This document shows positions 16,627 to 27,447 of a stretch of DNA of 64,000 nucleotides, one piece after another; the first letter of the stretch is position 1; each line of letters opens with the position of its first letter. Both the position numbers and the translations under genes were made by a program. The DNA lies in NCBI GenBank assembly GCA_002269645.1, contig NIVC01001548.1, forward strand, positions 62,001 through 126,000, in the 5' to 3' direction. The notes below the pieces were generated by a model that was not told the DNA's origin, searched no databases, and saw only the letters and a program-made list of their open reading frames with translations. The stretch comes from Macrostomum lignano (taxonomy: Eukaryota).

Positions 16627-17395
16627 ATGCGAATCGCCTCCTCAATTCTTGTGTGCCTTTTTGTGGCTCTGCTGATCGGTAAGTTTCAGCTCGGGGCTGG
16701 CGAACAAAGCACTCAGGGAAAGCCATGGATGCCTCCTGTGCCTCAGTAGGGCGCAGAATTGAGCGAGAAAAGGTATAAGAGAAGAGTAGGGATGAGGACT
16801 AGAAGGAGACTAGATACAGACTAAATAGGGACTAGATATAGACTTGATAGAGACTAGATATAGACTAAATAAACTTGATATAAGCAAGATAAAGACTGGA
16901 TATATAGGCTTAGATAGAAACTGGATATAGGCTAGATAGACTGGATATAGGCAAGATAGAGTCTGGATAGAGGCTAGATAGAGTCTGGATAGAGGCAAGA
17001 TGGAGACTGGATAGAGGCTAGATAGACTGGATATAGACAAGATAGAGACTGGATATAGACAAGATAGAGACTGGATATAGGCAAGATAGAGACTGGATAG
17101 AGGCAAGATAGGCTCCAATTCAGTAGAGGAGAGAGAGAACCGATCCCGTGGAATGCTCAGCCTCAACGAACTCCCTGAACTCTCAATCGATCTGATTCCA
17201 GACGTTTCGACCGTCACGCCGTTCATTTTAAAAAACCGGGATCACAAGAACCAAAAAGAGAAGCCCAATCTGCAGAAGCTGCTGGCTGTTCTGCAGAAAC
17301 TGCTGGACCGGGACACCAACAGGATGCCGGAGCCAACCACCACCCCCGATATCAGGCCGGCCGCCAAGTACGAGAAAAGAATGATCCTCCAATAG
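16627..17395 (+). CDS. Short secreted protein, family member 1 (107 aa, 2 exons)
   Basis: Exon 16627-16678 (MRIASSILVCLFVALLI, donor GTAAGT, phase 1) joins exon 17124-17395 in frame, ending MILQ*. TATA-like TATAAA near 16543. Confidence 0.75.
16810..17110. repeat. Degenerate (GACTGGATAGA/GGCAAGATAGA)-type minisatellite in the intron of family member 1
   Basis: Visible units; related to the array at 18937-19330. Confidence 0.85.
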
Positions 17396-17659
17396 AGCTT
17401 CGAGCTGGATTCTTCATCAGAGATGAGAAGACATCAGTGCTCGCTGACTGGCTGAGATATTCCAAACAAATAAATTCTTATTAACAAATCTGGTTAATAG
17501 ACGTTTCAAGCAAATCCCCTATTGCTTTTCGTTCATTTTTTATTATCCCGAAAGTGCACGACTGCTGGTTTCGATATAGTTTAACGATAAACTACTCGTC
17601 AGTTGAGTAGTACAAACTCATTTTAAATTAAGATCTGAATCAAAGCTATGAAAGTCACT

Positions 17660-18535
17660 GATTCCGGCGCTCCGGGTTTGGTCAGCGGTGCAGCCCGAGC
17701 CCAGAGAGGCGCCTGATCGACTCTGTGGTTGTATCATATCTGACACGGTATTTTGTTGCTTGTGTCCTCGGTACACTCTCTCTTCACTGCGGATGGCCCG
17801 CCCTGAGCACTTTTTGCGACTGCACAATCTCACCTTTGTTCAAATCAGCCAGCGACTCCATCCCCAGGCGCTTTCTAAGGCCATCCCATCAGCCGTAGTT
17901 GTCACACACTGCTCTCGGCTCTAACCCGACATTCTGCCGCCAGTATTTTGTGCCTACGCAGCTGCTCCAACAGCGTTGCAATCCTTATGCCAGCGTCGGG
18001 GTACTCAATCTAACTACTGTACACCGACCGGATTGTTAGGCTTCGAGCGGTCTCTAAAGTGTCTCCGCAGTCGTGCTCTGGTCCAGCTGAGTTGCCATCT
18101 TTGCCAACTCGTCCGCTCTTTTGTTGCCATGGATGTCCGTGTGACCGGGCATTATCCACTGGGTCGTGATGCACCAGTCGCTCACCCACCCACCTACCAC
18201 CATGGAGCTGCACGTGCAGTTAACCTGCTGTTGCCACCCAAAGAGTTCCTCTCTACAACTCCACGTGACACACTTGACTCCATTTTGCCTGATCCGTCTG
18301 TTAAAAATCACCAACTCCGCGGCCCTCCTCCGGGATGGTTCCACTCGCTTCTCCCACGATGTCCTCGTCACCCCTTTTTGCACCGTCAACCAGCTCTGGA
18401 AACATCTTGAATTCCTCGCCTGCTTCCCCCAAAACCTTTGACTTGAGCCTTCGGGGCATAGCAATGTCACACATGCTTCTTTTAAGACTGGATGCCTGCA
18501 AAAGTCTCGCACATTCTTTCGACTACGGATAGGCA
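17660..18535 (-). mobile_element. Decayed 3' fragment of an RNase H-containing non-LTR retrotransposon (Ingi/I-like)
   Basis: RNase H C-terminal motif W..PGHTDIHGNKRADELAK in ORF 18054-18536; downstream LRAGH motif; many stops and frameshifts. Confidence 0.65.
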
Positions 18536-18867
18536 CTTGTTGTCAGCTGCAAACAGCCTGTGAAAACTTTATCAGTAGCTGCCACGTCACTCACTGGGAG
18601 CAGCTTGTTGAGAGACTTACTCACTTTTCAAGAAACTATTCAGCTGCTTGAGGCTTGGAACGCTTGAGCTCTGAATTCTGCCATTTTCTAAATCGTATTC
18701 GAATGCAACTTTTTTGAACAGAATTCAAATTTGAAGGGCTATCAGGTGTCTATGGCACTTATTTTTGGTATAAATTCTGGCACACTGCTCAGAACTGGGG
18801 ACTCAATCGGTGAACTGACTGAGCCAGGACTTACTTGTTCTCTACCAAGCAGACTTTGACCGTAACA

Positions 18868-19641
18868 ATGCGACTCGTCTCCGCCATTCTCGTCTGCCTT
18901 TTTGTGACAATGTTGATCGGTGAGTTTCACTTGCGAGACTGGATAGAGACCGGATAGGGACTGGATAGAGACTGGATAGGGACTGGATAGAGACTGGATA
19001 GGGACTGGATAGGGACTGGATAGAGACTGGATAGAGACCGGATAGGGACTGGATAGGGACTGGATAGAGACTGGATAGAGACTGGATAGAGACTGGATAG
19101 AGACTGGATAGAGACTGGATAAAGACTGGATAGAGACTGGATAGAGACTGGATAGAGACCGGATAGGAAATGGATAGGAAATGGATAGAGACCTTATAGG
19201 GACTGGATAGAGACCGAATAGGAACTGGATAGAGACCTTTAGGGACTGGATAGGAACTGGATAGAGAATGGATAGAGACTGGATAGAGACTGGATAGAGA
19301 CCGAATAGGGACTGGATAGGAACTGGATAAAGAGAAGAAAACTTCAATTACATGCAATCAGTGCAGAAGAAACCAGTAATCAGTGCCAGGCAGTCCCTGA
19401 ACTCCATCCGGTTCAATTCCAGGCGTGACGGCAGCCGCGCCGCCATCCGGTCCGAACAGCATCGGAGCAGCCAAATCTGAGCCACCACAGGGTGCAGCAG
19501 CTTCTAGGTCTGATAGCGGAACTGCTCAGCACCACCAGCGAGCCGGAGCTCACCGCCTCCGCCAAAGTAACTGAGCCGGACATTGAAGGAGCCATGTTCC
19601 TCCAGATAGACCTTCGAGCTGGATTCTTCCATCAGAGATGA
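18868..19641 (+). pseudogene. Short secreted protein, family member 2; probable pseudogene (in-frame TGA, ancestral stop frameshifted)
   Basis: Exon 18868-18919 (MRLVSAILVCLFVTMLI, GTGAGT) plus exon from 19367. In-frame TGA at 19426-19428. A 1-bp insertion at CTCCAG-ATAG removes the stop seen in member 1. Upstream and 3' flanks are clearly homologous to member 1. Confidence 0.65.
18937..19330. repeat. 11-bp minisatellite (GACTGGATAGA)n in the intron of family member 2
   Basis: Visible units. Confidence 0.92.
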
Positions 19642-20139
19642 GAAGACATCAAAGCTATCCCGACTGGCTGAGATATTCTGAATAAATGAACGCTCATATT
19701 TAAGTGTGGTTAATAGACATTTCAAGCTAAATTTCTTCTCCAATTGCTTTTCGCTCATTTTTGATGAAAAAAATCCTTACAAGTGCGCAAATGCTTGTTG
19801 ACGATAAACTACTCGTCAGTTCAGCAGTGCAAACGCATTTTAATTTAACATTTCTGATGATCCAAGTTAGGATTTACGAGCTACTATCAAAAACATTGAA
19901 TCAGACTGATGAGATTACAGCATTTATTGGTGCATCTTAATAATAGTTATATCTGTACAGACTACTACACCGATAGTAGGCTCTAGCAGTGAGCGATGCG
20001 ATTTCCGTGGAATCAACTAAAGATTCAAGTATCTAGGATTATAATACCTGTGCTATAGATGCACATATTTGTAGATCTAAGCTAAATTGACAAGCATAAT
20101 AATTTATTATAATTTTTAACTTGGAATTTGACAAATGTT

Positions 20140-21250
20140 ATGGAGGTGCGGCCCGAGCGCCGGTCTACGCACGTGTGCTGCTCATTATTCAGGATCCGGT
20201 AGCTGGTGGTGGTACACCAGTCAATGAGGCGATGGGGTTCGCTGCCCCACAGCGGGTTGAAAGCACCGAAGCCAGCTGTCAACGCTCGGGTGCTCACGGT
20301 GGTCGGTGCCTTCGGACTGCCGGATCGGAGGGCGGTAGATGTTGGAGATGACGATCTTTTTGCTGGCGGACGTGCTGATGGAGATTCGGCAGCCTTCAGT
20401 CGTGCCACCGGTCGAGCCCTGCAGCTTCCGGCGACCAGGAACAGGAGACCACCCCCACCTTAATGTTTGGGTCCATTCTGAATATCTTCCGGTCTTTGCG
20501 CGCCGTGACGAAGCCAGGAACTTTCGGCATCTTATTAAAAGAGGTGAGGTTGGATTCTTGAACAGTGGCAATGTCCGCATTGAGAAGGACGACCAGATCC
20601 TTAAGCTCCCCCATCAGGGCGGCAGGCAGCCGTGGTGCAGTTTAGGCACCGCCGCAGCTGACCTCTTTCTTAATCTGCTCCCGAGTGGCGCGAGGGCAGG
20701 CATTGTGGAAGAAGCACTCACAGATGTAACAGCAAGCTATGACGGGGCTAACCTGCACGGGTTTACGGCAGTTGGCGCAGTTAGGTTTGTCTTGCTGAAG
20801 GCGGCACAGCAGAGCTTCTCGCCGTGCAGCACAACTCTCGGATTGATGAGGCGAGTCGGACTCCACCAGCTCTGGTGCTGATTGAACAACAGGGGTGGCT
20901 GTAGGACGGTTGGCGCAAACACGGCAGCTCCAGTTGGGAGCATCAACCGCTCTGTTCGCAGCCCAGCGGCTCAGGTGGTAGTCGAGGCCGCAGCTGCTGC
21001 AGTGCAGGAATCTGCCACGCAGGGGCCGACCGCATTCGACCTGCCCGCAGTTGCTCGCGGGCCCCGGGTTCGTCTCGATATCACCGGCCCTTCTAAGCAG
21101 CAGAGCAGGGAGGTAGTGGGCCGCAGAACTAGCTCCCCCGGTGTAAAACCGATTCGTACTCACGACATGATGTCCGGGTTACGGCGCTCTTCGACTCCTC
21201 CCAGGGGAAGCTCCCCTCCGCGACGAGGAGCTGCGGCGAGGGCTGCAGAT
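20140..21250 (-). mobile_element. 5' fragment of an Ingi-like non-LTR retrotransposon: 2A-like peptide, PHD-like Cys clusters, start of APE endonuclease
   Basis: LLLRRAGDIETNPGP followed by C..C...C..C...H....W.C..C and a second Cys cluster. APE pieces ATVQESNL, PGFVTARKDR, IVISNIYRPP in shifted frames. Confidence 0.75.
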
Positions 21251-21454
21251 TGGACGTAGAGCCCAATAGGGCATGCATCTCTGGTACTATTTGTCATTTT
21301 TATTCCTAACCCGATCCCGAACCCCGAACACTCCCCTATGATCCAGTTGTTTATTTCATTTATTTGCACTTGCACCAAAGTCAGTATCTACCATGTCCGG
21401 ATCCATCCAGATGCTTTACAGCCGGCCGTTAACGTTCCGCATTTGGTACTGATA

Positions 21455-21744
21455 AATAATAATAATGATTGATTACACCTGCCCCAATTGGGCCACATGT
21501 GCAACCCACATGTGCTCAGCCGGGGCTATTGCGCAATGCATCTGAAGGCTGCCTACAGCTTTTTATTCCAAGGACTGGGGGTCGCCACACACCCTCTATT
21601 ACCCCAGCTAATGCTGGCACCCATTTTACAGCTGGGTGAAGTGAAGGAATGCAGAGTTAAGTGTCTTGCTCATGCACACAAATTGTTCTGAATGTGTCGA
21701 GAATCGAACCCTCGACCTTCAGTTGTGAGTCTGGCGATCTTACC
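21455..21744 (-). mobile_element. tRNA-derived CORE-type SINE; 5' end cut off at the LINE junction
   Basis: Reverse strand: GGTAAGATCGCCAGACTC...GGTTCGATTC (B box), CORE-like GAGCAAGACACTTAACTCTGC...CAGCTGTAAAATGGG, (ATT)n tail. Homologous to 62000-62243. Confidence 0.8.
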
Positions 21745-22397
21745 ACTTGACTTACTTGACTTGACTAGCTGAAGGGTGGTCCGTAGACACAGCGGGGAGG
21801 CGATGGTCGCCCATTCCGCTAGCCCCTGAAGGCCCGCAGACAGGCAGAGGCGTGGGGCCGGTCAGGGTGGTCCGCCGGTCCGTCCTGCAGCGTGATCTTC
21901 CGTGGGGAAGACAGTCGCTCGTCTTGTCGCCCGAAGGAACTGGATGAGCCGTGGGATGCTGTCGGGCTGGCAGACCTCGTCAATGGACGGGTTCGGTCCG
22001 AGGTAGCGTAGCCGGTCTCTGCATGGTAAAGAAAGGGCAGTGACAAACAAAGTGCTGAGCATCTTCATTACCGTACTCGCAAAAAGGGCAAAGCTCACTC
22101 TCGAGGTCTCCTCGGAGGAAGGGAGGAAGCAGTGTCTAGCGAGGTAGCCATGGCCGGTAAAGGTTTTTAAACCTTCCGGTTTTGGTTCCGAAAGATGTTC
22201 CTGAGCCTGCGAGAGGGGCACGGAACCGCAGGACGTGATTGCCAGCAGTTCTGGGCGCCCGCCCATCTGTCCCTGTGAAGGGAATCAGCCCAGTCATCGA
22301 TCTGACGATTGATGACCGTAGAAGGGATAGGGACCAGGGGAGCAGGGCCTAGGAATGAGCCAGAGCCACCCCTCTTGGCGAGGGTGTCTGCCAACTC
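21745..22397 (-). mobile_element. 5'-truncated LINE related to the 9.6-14.4 kb element
   Basis: Same tail AAGTCAAGTAAGTCAAGT. Peptides ELADTLAKRGGSGSFLGP and RLRYLGPNPSIDEVCQPDSIPRLIQFLRAT parallel the first element. Confidence 0.85.
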
Positions 22398-22747
22398 AAA
22401 ACCGTTTTTTGGATAAATTTAGACCCCGCTTAGATTTTCATTTATTGCATTTATTGCCCTAGACATGTATAAATGGAAAATAAATAATCGGTTTTGTCGA
22501 TCTAAATGGGAATTTGGACAATCAAAACGAGACGCCATAGAAATTCAAGCCAGGCCACAGATCACACCCTTAGTCATGGACTTAAGCAGTTTAGCAGTCT
22601 ACTGAGGGAGGCTTGGCCATAGACTATAACTTTGGACATTCAATATGGGAAAAAGCCATTCAAAACGGGAATAGGACTGAGATTTTTTAGCTCTCTGTCC
22701 CTCCCTCCCCTGTTTGCTCGTCTTTGGCCTGAAAATGACCCCATTCA

Positions 22748-23020
22748 ATGGCGCCACCAATTCCTTTAGCAGATCGCCTGCGGCTGATTGATGCGATTGA
22801 ACAAGGGTCATCCATCGCAGGAGCTGCAAGAATCTTGCAAATCAAGAAAACAACCGCATTCCGAATCGCTGCCAACTTTCGACTCGATGGCAGAGTGCAG
22901 AATCCCTTCCTCGCGGTGGTCGGAAAGAAGGATTGTGCAAGGCCGATCAGGAAATGGGAGAATTCTTGGTTGAGAAACTCGATGAAAATCCTTTCCTGAC
23001 TCTCAAGGAGTTCTGAGTTA
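22748..23020 (+). mobile_element. Tc1/IS630-like transposase N-terminal helix-turn-helix fragment
   Basis: MAPPIPLADRLRLIDAIEQGSSIAGAARILQIKKTTAFRI...GR, then after a frameshift KIDQEMGEFLVEKLDENPFLTLKE. No catalytic domain or TIR pair confirmed. Confidence 0.55.
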
Positions 23021-23868
23021 CTTTTGTTTTGCTTCCGATAACGGACACTTAGTTCACTTTTAAATATTCCAGTGGCCCTGAGATATAAAAAATACATTAA
23101 ATTGGGCGAATTCCCGTTTTGAATGGCATTTTCCCATTTTTATTGTCCATTCCACATTCTACGACCGAATCCACATTCTCTCGTATGGTTGTGTATTCCC
23201 AAGCAGCCCGAGCCTGTGGCCTGGCTTGAATGTCTATGGCGTCGCTTTCCAATAAAACTTTTTCCATTTGTAATTCTGAAGTCCATAGGGTGCAAAGGAA
23301 TTGAGAATTTTTTACAGTGACTGAACTGCTCCAATTCCCAATAAAGTTAAAAGGAAACTTGTGTTCTCTGAAGTTAAGTCTCTTTGAGTTCGTGAACTGC
23401 TTAACTCCGAGGGCATATAGAGTAGCACAGTATATTTTTAATTATAATTTCTGGCCCGCCAGCTGTGGCTTTCACACCGAAATCCGAGCTGGGACTGAGG
23501 ACTCAGTTGAAGCCTCATCTGTCACCAAATCCTCATGTAATCAGCACTTTCGCTGTAATCTGTTGCTCGGGGGCATTCATTTTCTCCTTTGATTTGTTTC
23601 TCGGTTTTTTGTGGCACACCTGAGCACGGAAACTCAAAGTTTGGTGGGCGTTTAAATCCTAAGATCGCAGTAGAAACAGCTGTCTGAAAACTGAGAGCAA
23701 TCGAAACCGGAAAATTAATTGCCTGCTAAAGAAGTCTGCACTTGACTTTGAGTGGGCGCGGATGCAGAAATAAATAAATATGAGGTGCTCGGAGCATTGC
23801 AGATAAGACTCAACTGACTCGACTCAATTAGTTTTGCCGCATAGTCACGCACTGCCAACGCTTCCACA

Positions 23869-24196
23869 ATGCGAACTCTCTGCCTGTCAACTGTTCTGCT
23901 GTTCGCCCTGATCCTGGTGCTCGGTGAGTGAGCTCATTATGTTAATTAGGATACTGCAAATCATTGTTTACTTGCATTTTTTACTTGAACTTTTAGAGAC
24001 CTCGCCGTCCCAGGGCTCTCCGCCCACCGACCGCCCGATGCCGGACCCCAAGGGGGTGTCTCAGTGCATCCAGAAGCTGAAGCCGTTCGTTCAGAAAATG
24101 CGAGCTCACGAACAGGAGACCACAGAGGCGCCAAAAAGCCTTGACGACCTTCTGCAAATGGACGCCACTACGGTAGAGGCTATCATTCTCCAGTAG
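23869..24196 (+). CDS. Short secreted protein, family member 3 (84 aa, 2 exons)
   Basis: Exon 23869-23923 (MRTLCLSTVLLFALILVL, GTGAGT, phase 1) plus exon 23997-24196, ending IILQ*. Same acaATGCGA start context and intron phase as members 1 and 2. Confidence 0.75.
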
Positions 24197-25050
24197 CTCA
24201 ATGCGGTGCGTCAGCATTCACTTGAAACAACTGACCAGTGCATGCTTCACCCAGGGCGTCCCAGATTCTCAGCTGAAAAAGAGCCTGCTCTTATTAAAAT
24301 GGGGGGCTGGCCTCTCCACCCGAAACCCCATGCCCTGGTCTGGTCCTTACCTTATCTTGGTTAGCTTATCTAATCTTATCTACAGTCCCCTTATTTCTCT
24401 TCTCGTTCAATACCGTTCTTCATTAACCATAATAATTATAATTAACCATTTTTAACGCCCAGCGCGGCGCTCTGATGTTCCAGCGGCCCAGGCTCGATTC
24501 CAAGTGCAGTCACATTAATTTGGGGCTAAATTGGAATCTCGGCTTGGCTCTGCTCGTGCAATTTTAAACGCCCTTGAGGGCCAACCCACAAGGCGCAGTG
24601 AAGTGTACATGCCTAACGATAAATAAAGTTAGGGCCGCTGTACACTCCTGTGTGAGTGTGTGCCTGTTCGTATGACAGCGTACGTATCCGCGCGCTTGTG
24701 CGCCTGCTCAGGGGAGTCGGCGGAATGGGCAGCAATGACCCTCGCCGGTTGTTTGCACTGAATTCACTCGATAATTTATACAATCTTCCTTTTAGGGCTG
24801 CTGTGGCATCAGTCGGTCGTCATCATTTTTGGTGGAGGCAATCGTGACTCTAAAGTGACAGAAAATTGTGATTGATAATTCAATTTCGGATTAATAAAAC
24901 CGATCGATCAATAAAAAGAAATCTAAAGTTATTTTCTCAATTTTATTTTGCAACATGTAGACAATATTCTTATCGATATTAACAAAAATAAATACGTTTG
25001 TTAATGCGCGTATCAACACTCGTACAGCAGCCTGTGTGCGCGCAGGCAGG

Positions 25051-26798
25051 TCAGTAGGAGTACTTCACAGCAGCCCTGTGCAGTCTCCGCCAGGTGCTGG
25101 CCTGGAGTCCGTTGTGCCTGTCCACCAGGAAGACGTTATCAACAATGGCCTTTCCCATGTGGCTGGGCAGCAGGTCGGCCCACAGGTGACCCTGCAGGGC
25201 TGGCTGGTGCCGGAGGCCCAGCCGCTGCACCAGGATGCCCAGCACGTAGACGTCATCGATCCACAGACGTCTGGAGAACACGGAGCACCAGTAGAGCAGC
25301 CGGGCGAGCGTCGGTTTGATGATGTAGGCGTAGCCTTCGCAGTACTTCGGGTACTTGTCGCCGGGGAACTCCCGCCTTGTGACGAACCACTTGTCGCTGG
25401 GGACTCGCTCCGGCCTGCCGCTCTGCACCTTGCAGCAGAGCCCAGCGCCCGGCCGGTAGGTGCTGAGAAACGCCTCCAGGTGGAAGACGTCGACAAACAC
25501 ATCGTCGTCGACCTTGACGAGCCAGTCGGCGGACTTGCAGAACTCGAACAGCCAGTCGTAGATGCCCAGGTGCTTGATGGTCATGTTCCTGTAGCTGTCA
25601 ACAAAGTCGCGCTGCACAATGTCCTGGTGGCGGGCCGCCTCCTCCGCCACTGCGGCCTGCTGCCGCTGCTCGGCGTCGCCGGCCGGCCGGCCGAGAAAGA
25701 AAACGAGCAGCAGCCGGCGGCCGCGGACGTAGCGGACGCTGCCCCAGGTCTCGCGGATGACACGGCGCCGGTCCGAGTGCCCGATGGCCGAGTGAACGGC
25801 GAGGACGATGGAGACGCGGCCGGTGCAGGGGCCGGAGTTGATCAGGTAGGGGTGGTCGGAGAAGCCGGTCGGGGGCAACTGGAGCGCCTGGATCGGCTCG
25901 GTCTCGTTGTCGGGGACGCTGCATCGGGACTCAAGCATCCGGTAGTGTGGGGAGTCGGCGCCGCCGTTGGAAAAGTGCAGCTGCACCTGGAAAACAAACA
26001 GAAAATGAATTCAGCTTACTCTACCTTACTCTGCTCTACTCTACTCTACTCTACTCTACTCTACTCTACTCTACTCTACTCTATTTTAATCTACTCTACT
26101 CTACTCTACTCTACTCTACTCTACTCTACTCTACTCTATTTTAATCTACTCTACTCTACTCTACTCTACTCTGCTCTACTCTACTCTACTCTACTCTATT
26201 TTAATCTACTCTACTCTACTCTACTCTACTCTACTCTCCTCTACTCTACTCTACTCTACTCTACTCTCCTCTACTCTACTCTACTCTACTCTACTCTCCT
26301 CTACTCTACTCTACTCTACTCTACTCTCCTCTACTCTACTCTACTCTACTCTACTCTATTCTAATCTACTCTACTCTACTCTACTCTACTCTACTCTCCT
26401 CTACTCTCCTCTACTCTACTCTACTCTACTCTACTCTACTCTACTCTACTCTCCTCTACTCTACTCTACTCTACTCTACTCTATTCTAATCTACTCTACT
26501 CTACCTTTGCCCAGTATTTTCTGCTCAGCTGCAGCTGCCGTTCGGACAAGTTGCTGTTAACCGATTCGTTAATCACTGCTGCCTCCAGCAGGAGACGTCG
26601 TTGAGACGACTGCCCGACAGTCGGCGAGACTGACAGGGCCGACATATGTCGGGCGGTAGACGACGAGGTCAGGTAGAGCAGCAGGGCGGACAGCAGCAGG
26701 GCGGCCGCGCCAGTCTGCACCAGCCGCCAGCGAAGGCGCCCGTGACGCCGGGGCCAGAAGGCGGCTGCAATGCCGCCGAGTTCGCCAGATGGCCGCAT
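25051..26798 (-). CDS. GT31-family beta-1,3-galactosyltransferase-like type II membrane protein (about 409 aa, 2 exons)
   Basis: Exon 26798-26505 (TM AAALLLSALLLYL) and exon 25986-25051, phase 0. Motifs RRRVIRETWG, VFFLG, HQDIVQRDFVDSYRNMTIK, KVDDDVFV, YPKYCEGYAY, IDDVYVLG. Confidence 0.9.
26012..26504. repeat. (CTACT)n pentanucleotide microsatellite filling the GT31 intron
   Basis: Visible run; on the - strand the donor GTAGAG is the first repeat unit. Confidence 0.95.
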
Positions 26799-27406
26799 TG
26801 CTCGCCCAGGTGTCCAGGTGTGGCTCTGAGTATTAGAATCTGGGCCAGTGCTCAAGTCCGCTTGCACCGTAGCCAGTCAGGGCTAGCGGGCGTGGTCGCT
26901 GCTGCCCCAAGTGCCTGGCAAGCCGCTGCCCGCCTGGCCGCTTTGTAGATTTTTGGCTCGCATCCCTGCGCCCTCGAGGCTCGCTGCATCTCTTATTCTT
27001 TCTCGCCTCGCTGCCTGCCCAACTCAGCAACGGGGGCTGCGGATTCGAGAGGCTGGTGTCGGCTGAGCTCCGCTCCCCTCTTCCCATCGGATTCCTCATC
27101 TCTATTAGCTCTCTGCTGCCTCTCTTCCCCTCCATTTCTCTCCCCCCCTTTTCTAGCATTATCCCCACTCTCCCTTCTTCGACGCTGTCCCTCCCTCCAG
27201 CGGGATGAAATCCCCTCCACTCAACTGTGAGCTAGAGGATTGCTCGCTGCTCTGGGTGGTGGCTTTAACCGGCTGTCCCCCAATTGAATACGAGATCAAC
27301 TCTACTGCCACTCGAACCGAGCAGTGAAACCCCCAGTGCGTACGCTTGGCTGCCGGCCTGTGCTGTGCAGACTGAAAGTGCGGGGTGAAAAAAGCGTCCG
27401 AAGGAG

Positions 27407-27447
<41 letters not shown>

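Noticed and set aside
21160-21290. HDV-like ribozyme at the 5' end of the Ingi-like element
   Set aside because: Expected for this clade, and UCCUCG, a GGGGA/UCCCC hairpin and CGAA are present, but I could not build a consistent P1/P1.1/P2/P3 double pseudoknot by hand. Needs an RNArobo or Infernal search.
24455-24640. Possible third SINE (GGCTCGATTCC B-box-like)
   Set aside because: No clear A box and no second copy in the window.
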